A stretch of DNA of 64,000 nt from Chrysomallon squamiferum (taxonomy: Eukaryota > Animalia > Mollusca): assembly GCA_012295275.1 (NCBI GenBank), contig CM022673.1:27404001-27468000 (forward strand), written 5' to 3'. Under the pieces are notes generated by a model that saw nothing but the letters and a program-made list of their open reading frames with translations, was not told the origin of the DNA and ran no database searches. Both the position numbers and the translations under genes were made by a program. Below, piece by piece: positions 25,701-39,400 of this stretch (position 1 is the first letter of the stretch; each line of letters opens with the position of its first letter).

Positions 25701-27207
25701 CTGCCATTAGATAATAATCTTGATTCAGCTTGTTCGACCATGCTGTAATGTTTATGCCTCATATACTCACTGCCAGAAATAAAGGAAATTTAAATATGTT
25801 GGATGCATAATATTGAATCAAACTGCAACCTTGAGCAGTTATGTTTCTAAGTTTGTTTTACAAAATGCAGGCCTAATGTGTGTTAGGTCACAGAGCCATA
25901 CTGAACTGTAGGCTGATTTAATATCACTGGAACATCAGCCAGATGCTTGTTACTATCAGAATGAACTCTCAGCATATAATTTGGTAAAATTGTCCCAACT
26001 GCCAGAGCACATGACTAGTTTGTCAAAGGCTTGGTATGTAGTTCCCTGTTGATGGAAAATGTATGTAGGTAAAATAGTTTTGATGTCAACTGATAGAACT
26101 ATTAATATTTAATGGAATAGCTGCAGCAATTTTTTCCAGTACCATAAAAGAATGTATGTGATTTTCAAAATCAACAAATTATAAAATAAAAATACCTGTT
26201 GATGTGTTGTTGAACTTTCATGCATACCAACATCCACACAGGATGTTATGATAACAAAAACAAAAACAGATTTGTTATGGTTTTGATTTATTAATGACTA
26301 TGAGCTTGACCTGTAATGGATCAAGTTCATGACACAAATGACATGATTTCATTTGATAAAGTGTGACAATGAGTATGTAAAAACACAAGTCAGAAAAACA
26401 CACTGACACAAATTTACACAAAAAATAAAAAAAAAAAAAAAAAAAAAAAGAAACATACTCTATATGATTTTGAAAAAAGTTGTGTACAAAGCTTTACAGA
26501 ATCTACACTCCAGAAGCTGGAAGTTTGTTAAAGGAATGAATTTTTATACTACAGAGTAATATAATAATATTTATTTGTTATTTTTTATATACATATATAT
26601 ATATATATATATATAAACACCCTAGACTTCTGTTTTACAATATATACATCTTATAAATAATCATCTACAATAGCTTTGGCAAATGCAGATCTTCACATTT
26701 TGCAGAAAAGTAAACTACAGAAAAACCGTAACAACGAATATACAATACAATCTGCTTATTATATAACATATCTCATACAAATCAACAAGTACACAGAATA
26801 TCAAAACTGTTCTTGCAGTTTTATATAATATTTATTTATATATATATATATTTAGTTATTGCAAACTTCAGAAGGCAACAGTTCATGAACTAACAAACAC
26901 TCAATCATGCAAAAACAGGTAAAAGATACCAAAATACAGATTAGAAAAAGAAATAAAAAATTTGGCTGCCATCATAATCATTTTTTTCCTTTTTATGAAA
27001 AAAACAAACAAGTAACATTATTTCTGTTAGTTTAACTGAAATAAAATGTGTGCGCCATTTTTCTTAAACGTAAGATATTAAATCCATACTGAATACTGAA
27101 GTTTGTTTCTGTGCTATTCTAACCCTTTTCATTTATTTATTATTTATTAAGTTGTAACTTGTAGCAATTCTCTACTTGTTACAGGTATATTTCATTAAAA
27201 GTTTTTG

Positions 27208-27361
27208 AAGTTTAGCAGATGACACATCACTGCTTAATGCAGATTAAAAATATTATACATTTTGTTAGTCTTTTTGCTGTTGTAAATAAATATATTATGA
27301 AATTATTTCTGAAAAAAAAAAAAAAAGTAAAGTTTAGCAGATAACACATCATTGCTTAATG
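27208..27361 (+). mobile_element. Short retroposed poly(A) fragment between 32-bp direct repeats
   Basis: aagtttagcagat(g/a)acacatca(c/t)tgcttaatg at 27208-27239 and 27330-27361. The insert has AATAAA (27285-90) and A15 (27312-26). Confidence 0.5.
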
Positions 27362-28982
27362 AATTAATTTCTTTTTCCTGATTTGTACATTAAAAAAAAA
27401 AAAAATAAAATCACTGAAATGAAATTCCTTCCTCCAACCCTATTAATCAAGTAATATGCACAATCTAGCCAAATGTGGAATGAAACTGAATCCAGAAATG
27501 ACTTCAGAAAGTAAAACAAAATTATAAGCAGATGTAAAATAACCAGGGCTGGTATAAAGTTAATTGGAATAATGCTCTAAATTATAAAGACTGATTTGTA
27601 TGGTTTGCAAGGACTGGTATTTCAGCAATTATAGCCATGATAACAAATCAGTGAATGTGTAACAGTACAGACATAGTCAAAATAACATTTTGCTTTCAAG
27701 ATCTAGTTTATGTAACTTGAAACAGTTACACCTGTGACACAGAGAATGTTTTGGTTCATTGGTTAGAATGCAGTTTTTTTAGATGGGATAAATTTTTCAT
27801 TATCAATTTTCCTCATTGATCTATTTCCCATGCCCCCAGCCTGTAACAACTGGTTTGTTAAATTATTCATTTTCTAATTTTTAAAATATTTATTAAATGA
27901 GACATCACTTACTGAATAGTTATAAATATTACATGTTTGTGGTTCCCTGTTTAAGAAAAAAAAAAATTAAAAAAAGTTATGTAAGAAATTGTGTTGCTAA
28001 TGTTTTTTTCTCTTTCTGTACAAATGCTTCATTTGCACTTCAAAATGTTAAAAAAAATTTTTTTAAAAAATCTCCCATTTGACAGATTTCTAATAAGTAT
28101 TAATACTAAAATATGTTGCTTATTCATTAGTAATAACTATACATTAACAAAATAATTTTTTAATTATTATTTTCATGTGTGAGAATAAACAAAATTTCAA
28201 CTTCGGTTCTTAACCAATAATATTATAAATGTTTTTTAATTAAAAAACAAATATTATGTTCATTTATTATTATTTAATACTGAGATAAAGAGGTAATTTA
28301 TTTTCAGATGATGATGAATTTAAGTTTTAATTAAGCCTTTCTATCAAAAACTTGAGTTCACCAGTTAAAACATTTTATATGTCTTGCCTGTTTCTTGGTA
28401 CTATTCTCCAAAAATAATTTAAGCTAGAAGTATTTATTATCTTTTATTTTGACAACTAAAAAAAAACCCCATCTAGACAACAACAATCTTTTGTGTTTTA
28501 GACTATTGTTTTACACACAAAGAACAGGTAGATCAATGTTTCAACTAAAATGAAATTATTAAAATAAAATATAATACCATATTAAGCCATACATTAACTA
28601 ATTTCAAGAAATGTATACAAATGTTGTATCTTTTAGTCATGGCAGTTTTTAAGGGTTTTTCTTTCTTTTTCTTTCTACTGGTTTGTGATGACAGCTGAAT
28701 TTAATATACAGAATAGCTGTCTATATTTTGAAGGACAGAATATGTCTGAGAGTTATTTGGATATGTTATATTACCATAGAATATTAAATTTTCATGCTTA
28801 TATTATTTTAATATCCAGAAAAGGAAATAGAAGTTACAAAAAAAGAAACAAAAAAAAAAAATCCTTTCAAACATTATGCAAATTTTATAGCTATGGGTCA
28901 CACTGACTTGAAGTATTTTTAATCTTAAAAAGGACCCCCAAAAATTTAAAATTTCGTCTGATTAAAATTAATGATGAACTTA

Positions 28983-29015
<33 letters not shown>

Positions 29016-30420
29016 TCAAACACAGCTGCATAATGTATTCATTTACACAGGATGCAACAGGTGCTGTCTGGATATTTTCTACAAAGTTTCCAAGCTGTCA
29101 CAAATATGCCTACAAACTGCTGATATTATCAGAGAATATGAATAATTGTCCTTCAGGGCACAATATGTATTCTATATATTTATAGCAGATTTCAGACTGA
29201 AACACAAAAAGAAAAAAAAAACCCAAAAGGTCCCAAAAATAAAATGAAGAAAACCTGCTGTTCTTTAACTCGTAATTTCAATATTTTATTTTATTTATCT
29301 ACTGAAAATGGGTTCACTTAAAAATAAAATAAAATAAAATAATAAAGTTTAGTATTTTTGTTTTCTATAAATACAAAAAAATATATATATAAAAATAGCC
29401 CCACTGAAAAAATAATAAAAAATCGACAAAAACAAAAAAAACAAAAAATTAATAATAATAAATAAATAAATAAAATAAACATACATCTATAGTTTAAATT
29501 TTGTTTTTGTAAAATAAACTAAAATAACTTGTGAGTTATTTATTTTCATGTTTCTGTGAGATGATCCAGTTAAAAAAAAAGTGATATCTGTGATTGTGCG
29601 TTGTGCAATAACAGACCACAGCTAAATACACCAGGTTTAAAATTATTTCTTGTGGAATTACGAAGAAGAGATAGTACCATCAGACGTTCAGGAATTAATA
29701 AAAACCTGTTTTACTTAGTTCTTAGCAGTAGCCAATCTACTTTTAAAAAAAAGAAAGAAAAACAAACCCCAAAAAAACTTTTATTAAAAAAGTTAATTGT
29801 GTGCGAAAACTGAGGTAATGAAAACAAACATCTAACAAATAGAGTAACATTTTTATGAACAATGATTACAGGTGTGAATGAGCCTAGAAATTCATAACAG
29901 CAGAGCTTATGTTCTGGTTATTAATAAAATAAGCAGACTGCCATTAATAATAATTATAGACTTGATATTCTAAAATTTAATGAAATATGTAACAAATAAA
30001 AAAAAAAAAAAAAATTAAAATAAAATAAGAAAAAAAATTCAATCATTCATTCTGTCACATTCTCTCACCAGCTCATAAAAATGCAAACATGTTTGTGTTT
30101 ATACCTGTGTGTATGTTAAAAATGTATGCTTCCACTTTTTTATTTTTTTTTAATAACAGTATTAAATAATAATAATATATAACAAAAGTGAAAAAAAGAA
30201 GAAGACAAAAAAATAATAACAAAAATATAAAAAATATAATAATAATAATAATAATAATAAAAAATAAAAAAAAAAAAATAAACAAAATAAAATTCCAAAC
30301 GTCTGTATTAACATTCTCACAGTAAAACAATTCATGGTTTCTTGCTGCAATTATGACAATATCAACAACATTTAAAAAAATTAAATAAAACACGTAAATA
30401 AATATGACTAAAATAACTCA

Positions 30421-33400
30421 TCAGCTTCCCAGCCCAATCAGTGCCTCGTCCATGAGATCATCATCTATTTCGCAAGGAGAATTGTTTGCCACGGATCCCG
30501 GATTGGAATTCACTCTGGTTTTCGGAGAAGCTGCGGGCGACTGGCGAACTTTCTGCACTGGAGAGATCGGAACCACAGTCTTCCACGTCAAGGGTTTTAC
30601 CTCCTCTGTCGGTTCTGCAGGAACGCTTTCTTTCACGTCTGGAGGAGACACTTCATTGCTGTTCACCTGTTTCGGACTGCTAGGACAGTCTATAATGAGG
30701 CTGTTTTCTGGGCTGTCTGTATCACTGCTAGGACTTTTGCTATTACTGTACTTGTTGCTTTTAACAGAAACCCGTTTTTTCTGAGTAATGTTGCTACACG
30801 CGTCTTCGCAATCGCGCGCCTCTGGCGTCGAAGCTTTTGGAGTCTGAGTGGGAGTGGGAACCTTGAAGGATTCTTTTTCCTCCTTTGGTTTGTTATCCGG
30901 TGCACTTTCTCCATTGAACTTTGCTGTCGCCGACACCAGTGAACTGACAGGACTTTTTCTGTCTACATTCATGTTCTGAATGTTTTTCACAGTCAGTGGG
31001 GAGCTACCCCTGTTTTTTATGCTGCCTTTGTCGATACAACTGCCCTTATCAACACCAACACTTTTCTCAACACCAGGCTTTTTCTTGTTATTTGACATGC
31101 TGAAAGCATTCTTAGCACTCAGGTCCAATGCACTAGTCGTTGAACACACTTTATCCACAGAATTCCTGTCTTTTCTTTTCACATCCTCTTTCATGAAACT
31201 TGTCTTATCAGTGGAACTCTCCTCTTTCAGTAACATTTTCTCAGGCTTTTCAGAGGGACCTGAATTGGCCGTTTGTACTGCTGCGTTTTCTTTGACTGTC
31301 AAATTCTTCTTCTGCGCCTGCTTTCCAAGTGATAAGGAACTAGCTTTGGGGCTAACATTTGATGAAGGATTTTCTTTATTTACTGGGCTGACTCTTGTCA
31401 AGGGACTAGTCCTGCCCATTGCTTTAGAATGGATGTTGTTTGGATGAACAGGTGAGAGTGAACTGTTGTCAGATGAAATGGACTTGTTGTGTGGAGATGG
31501 ATGCTGCGATAATGGAGAAACTGATTCACTTCTGCCGCTTTTACTGCTGCTTGTTGGTGCATACTTGGGTGACTTCTTGGGAGGGTTCATGTCACCAGAA
31601 GCATCACTCAGATTTCTTTTGCCATAAATATTCCTGTTATCACCAGAATTCAAAATCTTATCTTTAGGTTTGTTTTCCATGGACAGTCCTTTGGCAGCTT
31701 TTTCTGCCATGCTGCTCACATTGACGCTAGCAGTGCTCGACTTTGTGAGTTTGTCAATGACTGCTGACAGAGACCCCTTCCTTGACCTAGCAGCAGCAGC
31801 TTGTTTTGCTTTGTCTCCAGAACTGGTAAATGTTCCTGAAGACGACACTGGTGCGTTCACACTGTCCACAGAACTGACAGCAGTTCCAGCATGACTGACA
31901 GTACTCCCAGTTGGGTTTCCTTGACTTGAGCTACATGAACTAGATACTGAAACACTGGCTGTTGCAGCTCCTGAACTGTTGGAGCCACTTCCTCCAGAAA
32001 TTGAGCTGGGTCCTCCCCCTGCAGCTGAACTAGATGAGCGTTTGGGTATTGGTGGAAGACTGGCGACACTTCTTGCACTTGGAGCACCAAGAAACATGGC
32101 CATGGAAATTGTTGTTCCCACAGAGGACAGTGACGATGAGGTAGAGGGAGGTTTTGCACTTAACGACCGAGATCGTGATGCAGACTGGGACTTTCCAATG
32201 CCAGAAAGTGGTTTGAGCGAGCTTGCAGTTCTGGAGGCACCTGGCCCAATCTTGGTGCCAGACACCGATTTCACTGGACTGTTTGAAGACGGAAATTTCA
32301 GAGATGATGTTTTGTACGAGGCTGAGCTTGGCTTTGAAGAACCAGGTGATATTTTCTGGGATCCAGAGTTGGGAGATGATTTTAGAGATAAAGTCGACTT
32401 GGACATGCTTGAAACTGGTGAATTTCTTACTGGACTAAATGTTTTCACAGACGACGATGATATTGATGGTATAGATGTTTTTAAAGAACTGTTTGGAGTT
32501 CCAGGATTTTGGACAAAGAAGATTTAACAGAACCTTGGAATTTGGGCGAATTTGAAGAAGGAGTTTTCTTCAAATTTGTTGCAGGGCTTTTGGACAAATT
32601 GAGTGATGTGGGAGGTTTCACCTGTCTGATGAAGGATGTTTTGAAGATTCTGAAATCAGTTTTGTGGATTCTGAACTTGGTTTTGCTGCTGAATTTGAAG
32701 GCCTTGATGATGGGGAATCTCTGGAAGAATTTGATGACAACGTTCGTTTTGATGGACTCAGTGATGTTCTGTTCATCTCTGATAAAGGAAATTTTGAAAT
32801 TTCTGTTGTCGGTGTTGTGGATGTCTCCTGTGAACCTGTACTAGTGAGATCATTAATCTGCTTATCACTTAGTGTTTTTGGTATAACTGAAGCACTTTGG
32901 ACAGGACTGCTGGTTTTGTCAGCTGTTCCTAACTGCTTATTCTCTGACTGAACAGTAACAGAAGAAGCAGAATTGGTTATATTCAGTGGCTTTAGTCTGA
33001 TCGTTGTTTTCTTAGCAAGCTTTGGATCAGTTTTGGATACTGTGCTGCCAGGAGTCTGAACAGGACTTGAATTCTCAGGTGATAACTGATGCAGTGATTT
33101 CTGAGATTTCAGTGCTGTGAGATTATCCTGAGTTTCCAGTTCTTGCTTAGGCAATTTGTCAGTAAAATGTTTTCTAGATTTTGACAGATCAGCTTCCACC
33201 ATTACATGCACATCTTTGCCTACTCGAATTTTAAGCTTTGTTATGGATTTTTGATCCGTTTCCACTGGTGTTGAATGGTACACCGTGTTACTGACAGTGG
33301 AATACTTATTGTTGTCATTCTTTCTCTTTTTCCTCTCCTTTTTTGATTCGTCCTTCTTTTTTCGTTTTACAGAATCACCACCTGATGCATATTTTGATTC

Positions 33401-36400
33401 TTTTCTCTTGTATTTTTCACCTTTTCTTAAAATGGTGGTATCAGTCAAATTTTTAGGTTTGTTTGAGATCTGAAGACGTGTGGGCGACGCAGCATACACA
33501 GACAATCGGTCAGAGCTTCCCAGAGAAGGCAGAGGATCATCCTCATCTTCATCACTTTTAAAATCAAACGTTCCTACGTTACTTGACTTCATCTGATTCT
33601 TTGTGAATGGATCTGAGAAAGAACCACTAGAATTCCTGAGTGCTGACAATTTTAATTTCACTTTACCTTCATCAGATTTAAGAATACTAGAAGACATTGC
33701 CTCCAACTTTTCACATTTTTCCACAAACTGTTCACTCCTAGAAAAGTTTTCCAGATTTTCGAATTTTTCAAATATGCCAGTTATTTGCCGACCTCCGCTT
33801 GATAAAGAATTCACCTCAGTATTTTTGGAACAATCTTTGGCTGAATTGTTTGAATCCTGATCACACATGTCTGGCCCATCAAATATGGCTTTGTACAGAG
33901 GATTACTGCGATCTTTCACACACGAACTGATCATTTCATTCTGAAAATGTGCATCCACGTGGGGTTTTGATACATATTCGCAGAGTGGATTTGGTGACTG
34001 TTTTACGTCTGGAGAGGGAGAGGTTTTCACTGAAAGTGGTGGAGTTTTTGTTACCAAAGGAGGAGTTTTTGTTCCAACTGGTGGCGTTTTTCCTCCTGAC
34101 GGAGGAGTTTTCACTCTAAGGGGCGGAGTTCTTGTCACCAGTGGGGGTGTTTTGCCCCTTAGCGGACTCGTTAACGTACGGGTTCCCAAAGAGGCAGGTG
34201 ACATTTTAAAACTCATGGGACTGGCTGATGTAACTGCACTTAATGGACTAGTGCCAGAATGGCTAGGTGACGTCCTTGCCCCTAAAAAAGCACTTTTGTT
34301 GCTGCCTTTATCAACATTTGCAAAAACTGGGTCTTCGGCCTCATTCCCTACCCCCGACCCAGTGAGGAGTTCCTCAAGGGAGGTAGAGGCATTCTCGTTT
34401 TTTGAACCTGGTGAAGAATTTCGTGAAGACATTGAAAGGGGTGGCCCAGGGTCAGATTCTGACAACAGAGCGGTTAATTCATTCTCTGTGTTACTGCCCT
34501 GGCGCGACTCCTTCTGAATAAAATTATCAACACTATCAGCTAATTTTTTTAGATTGGACTCTGCAAACGAGTCCTCCGTTAAATCTATTATTGAACCACC
34601 CATTCCTGAATTAGACGTCATTCCTGAACTGCCTTGGTAATTGTCAAACGGACTACAGCTAGATTCCATGTCAGTAGTCGACAGTCTGTCGTTTCCTTCA
34701 ATTTCACCAATCCTATGTTTAGGACTGCGACCAGAAAACACATCTGAAGTGGAACGTCTTTTTCTCACCCTCTTTTGAGGTCCAGAAGGAGTCTTGCTAG
34801 CATTAGCTATGGCACTGGAGCCTGAACAAGAAACTGAAGAAGCTACAGAAGAATTGTCCTCCAGCAGTTTCGACAGCATTGGACTTTCCGAAACTTCTGA
34901 AGCTGCTGCAGGAGCAGGAGGTGGTGGATGTTCACCTTCCACACTGTCTAAAAGTGTTGCCAGCAGTGGATTACTGGGTGTGCGATCACCAGGCGGTGAA
35001 ACAATCTCGTTGGATGTAGTCCTCATGGGAAACATATGTTCAGGTACACTATCACCGTGTCCCATATGTTGAGCTCCTGCAGAATGGAACCGTGCTCGAG
35101 CCAAAGCTGACTGATGACTGAGAGGATGTCCAATGAGAGCGGGATGCTGCTGGTGATTCATCTGACTGTGCACATTCACTGGGTGTCCTTGATGATTCAC
35201 CAACCGGTGACCCGGTGCTGGTACCTGATTCACTGGTGGGTGAGGCAGATTCAGTGGGTCTGTCTGGTTAGCTGGGTAAGCGTGTACAGGACTCACTGGA
35301 ACTGCTTTAGGGACAGCTGGTGGATGCAGGGCAGCAGCAGCAGCAGCAGCCTGGTTTTTCTGTCTTTGCCACATTGCTTGTTTGAGTGCTGCCATGCGCT
35401 CCTCAGCTATCTTCTGCAGCTGCTCCTTGCCCTTCTTTATGATGGAACGAAGTGTAATTGGAATGGATAAGCACCTGTAAAAGTAGAAAGTAAGCAGTTT
35501 ATCAGTAATATGTCAAATAAATAGCAATTGTGGAATTTTAAGTGTTTTGGTTTTATTTAACAGTATGGTTTAATTTTTTTTTTTCTGTTTTCTTTCAATC
35601 TACAGGATTTTTCTGAATTTTTTTTTTTTTAACAATGATCAAAAAGAACTTTATTAATTTATGCACTGAAAAATGTTAACACTGCCAGAAGACCTTAAAT
35701 ATGTAATTATAATGTAAGTATAAATTAAACATTAATTATTTCTTTTAATATTTTAATACAATGAAAGCTGAATGCAAATTGATTTATAATCTTGTAATCT
35801 TTATATGAAACAAAAGAAATAATTATTTATTTAGTAAAAAGTAAAAATTTTTAAAATGTTAGGCAAGGTCACACCTCTGAAATATTTTAGAAGCGAAGTC
35901 GTCTGTACACAGCTGCTGGTCAGAGTTGCTTGTCACAAGTCGACACTTGAGATTAGTGATGTCAGAAATGTCCAGTTCCACCATCACCATACTGTCTTGT
36001 ATAGGGTGTTCTAGTGTGATACACACTTGTTGTAATGAAACTGTTGTCAGTTCCAGAACTATAGAACTAGCAAGATCTGTAAAGAAGAGAGGGAAAACAA
36101 AAAAAGTAAAAATTAAAATAGAGTAAATAAACAGTAGCAAAAACACACACCATAACTTTTTCAAAAGAACAGGAATACATTTTCAGAAAAATATGTAATA
36201 TTACTGAAAATATTTTTAATAACAAAACACAGATTATTTTTTGAATAAAACATATTACAATTTGAGATATCTAAATCACGGAAAAATATAAAAATTTTAA
36301 AACTGCAAACTAAATATCTAAATTATGGAAATATGTATAAAATTAAAAACCACTGATAACAAGATATGACTTGTAATCCTCTCAAACATGAATTCAACTC

Positions 36401-39400
36401 GAAGCATTTATTCCAATATCAACTGAACATATTTCCTCTACCCAAACCTAAAGATATAGACCATCACATGTAACTGTTTTAAACAAACGTTTTTCTCAGA
36501 CATACCTCTTTTGGCGTATGGCCTGATACAACTACTGATAATAGCATTGAACAAAAGCTGCTGCCGAAGATGATTCAAAATAGTTGCTACATGGGTTGGG
36601 TGAGTGAAAGGTATTTTTGATATCAGTATTCCTGGCTGGTCTAAAGGGCCTCCATTGTCTGGGTTCATGTAGTAGACATGCTGTTGGTCTGGTAATGACT
36701 GCAAATAAATTAAAATTGACTCAATGTAATTTTAGTTTTTATTTAGTTTTTTTTAATTTTATTTAAATCTCACTATACAGAGCATTTGTATTTTAAGAAC
36801 TGGTGTCTGTTTACTAAAGAAGAAAGAAAGAAAAAATGGCACACACACACACACACACAGAGATTGTATTAAAACATCTGCTGCCAAATTTCAGTTATCT
36901 GTAAAAATTACTATTTCTTAACATTAAATAATCCCTAACTGATCTAATAAATTATAAAATAAATAAATAAATAAACTAAAAAAAAAAAAAACAGAAACCA
37001 TCCATACAGTTTAATAGTCTATGCATTTTTAAAATCCAAAACATCTTTTAACTTCTTCTCAGAGTAACTGAATCTCTGCTAATCTATGCAAATAATCTGT
37101 AGTCTGTCTTTGAAACCATTATACATCAACTGATGCATACAGATAAACAATAATGGCAGAAAAGCTATCCTACAACTATGCTAAAAATTCTGCTTTCTTT
37201 AACCATTCATATAAGTGAATACTTTAACAAAAGAATTCAAAACTTACCACAAAGAGTTGTCTTTCATTCATTATTTTACCAGCTGAAAACGTCTCAATAA
37301 TTAAAGACAATAAAGGTTTAGGTTCATTTGATTTCTGAACTTCTAGACCTGAAAAGAGTTTTAAAAAGTTTTAATAAGAAATGGTTAAATTTTTGTTAGT
37401 GAAGAAAAAAAAAAAGAAGCAATTTCAAAATTGAAATCAGAAAAAGAAACAACAATAACAAAACGAAAATAAAACATCAGATTTTTACTGTCAATTCAAA
37501 AAAAAAAATATTAATAATAATAAAAATAAAATAAAATAAAATAAAATAAAAAATAAAAAGAATAAATAAAACATTTTGTTTCATAAAACTTAAAGCTAAG
37601 AATCAATAAATAATTTAATTGCATTCCATTTTAAGATTTTTGTTTTTCAATATACAGAAAGTAGTATGAAAAAGGCTGAACCTGTTGCCCACACACAAAT
37701 TCAGAAAAAGAATTAAAAAAAAAAATATGTATAAAAATAACAATGGCCTAATACAAGCACTGTTAAAAGCATTGAAAAAAAAAAGAAGATAAAAAGAATA
37801 AAAACAAACTAAAATAAAATAAAAAGAAATGAAATGAAAAAAATAAAAAAAAAAAATAAAATAAAATAAAATAAAATAAAATAAAATAAAATAAATTAAA
37901 AAAAACAAAAAAAATGAAAAAACAAAACAAAATAAAATAAAATAAAAAAAAAATAAAATTAAAAAAAAAAAAAAAATAAAAAAAAAAATAAAAAAAAAAA
38001 TAAAAATAAAATAAAATAAAATAAAATAAAATAAAATAAATGACCTAAGGTCCAAGACCAGACTCACTAGTTATACTCTGAATCTTCTGTACCGTTGACA
38101 TGGCAACAGGGACAGGGTGAGGTAGCACTAAGACAAAACTGGCTGGAAAGATATGGCTATTTACTGAACTCAGACCCACAAAATTTGGCAAACTGAAATG
38201 ACAACAGATGTTTTATCAGTAAACATGTTCAGGATAAATAGTTATTAACCTGTTGGTAGCCTTACTAGTGAAATGAATTCAATTAAGGATTGAAAATGAA
38301 TTTAAAAATGCTATTACATTTCATTTTATCAGCTGCAATTTTTTTTTAATGAACCAAGGTACATAATAATCTTGAGACTGTATTTATTACTGTTATCATT
38401 ATTTTTTTTAAATCTGTTTAAAATATACACTGTTAATACAAGATACTTTCAGAAGATTTCTATGAGTCCAAAAAAAAAAAAAAAAGGTTTAATTTTTTTT
38501 AAAAATATTATTTCTTAAGCATCATCATCATCTTTTTAAATACTTCTAAAAACAAAGTTTATAGGAAGGAAAAAAAAAAAAAAAAAAAAAAGATTAATAA
38601 TATAAGAAATAAAATATTTGTCCTCATTACCTTTTCCCATCTTTATTAATGACAGTCATGAGAGGCATGGTCTGTAGTTTGTTGTTGGAACAGGGTTCCA
38701 GACACACTGTGACACTCTGGCCAAGACAATTGTCTGTGATAGCTGAACATTTAAAATTAGAAAACAGATAATTAGAGACCGAAAAACATGAAACAAAAAG
38801 CTTACCTGACTTTATGAGACTGAGTCTCTGCACGTTTAAGGAAAAGGTAGCGATTTAAAAAATGCTGAAGACTACGCTCTTAGAAGTAAAATTTATATTT
38901 TAACTGTTTAAGTATATAAGTTAGGGAAAAGGAAAATAATTTGCTGATAAATAAATTATGATATCTCAGCCGCAAAGTGACTTCTGCAGAGATCTTAACT
39001 TTGGGGTTGAAGAAATTAATAATAAATAGTGAATAAATACTCAACAATTATACAAACAAATAACTTAATTTAAAAAAAAAAAAAATTATAAAAAAAAAAG
39101 ATATTGTTCACTTACCTTCAACTGTCATTGGATGTGCAGTTTTAGTTTTCTTGTCGAGCAAATCGTATGGTGAAACAAAATAAATTAACTTCATTGGCAA
39201 ACCTTGAAAAAGATATATTATTCACAGCCATTAAAGCATATTTGTAACTGATTACTGTTAAGTGCCACAGCAACACATAACTGTGAATTCTAATTGATCA
39301 ATATATATATGTATGTATTAACCACGATAAAATTGATCTGTAAAAAGGATAAGAGAATTTATATGTATATATATATATTATATATATTTATTGTGTGATG

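Noticed and set aside
30404-35470. Numerous plus-strand ORFs (e.g. 31979-32527, 30980-31447, 34152-34517)
   Set aside because: Antisense shadows of the long MED1 exon; no recognisable domain or independent gene structure.
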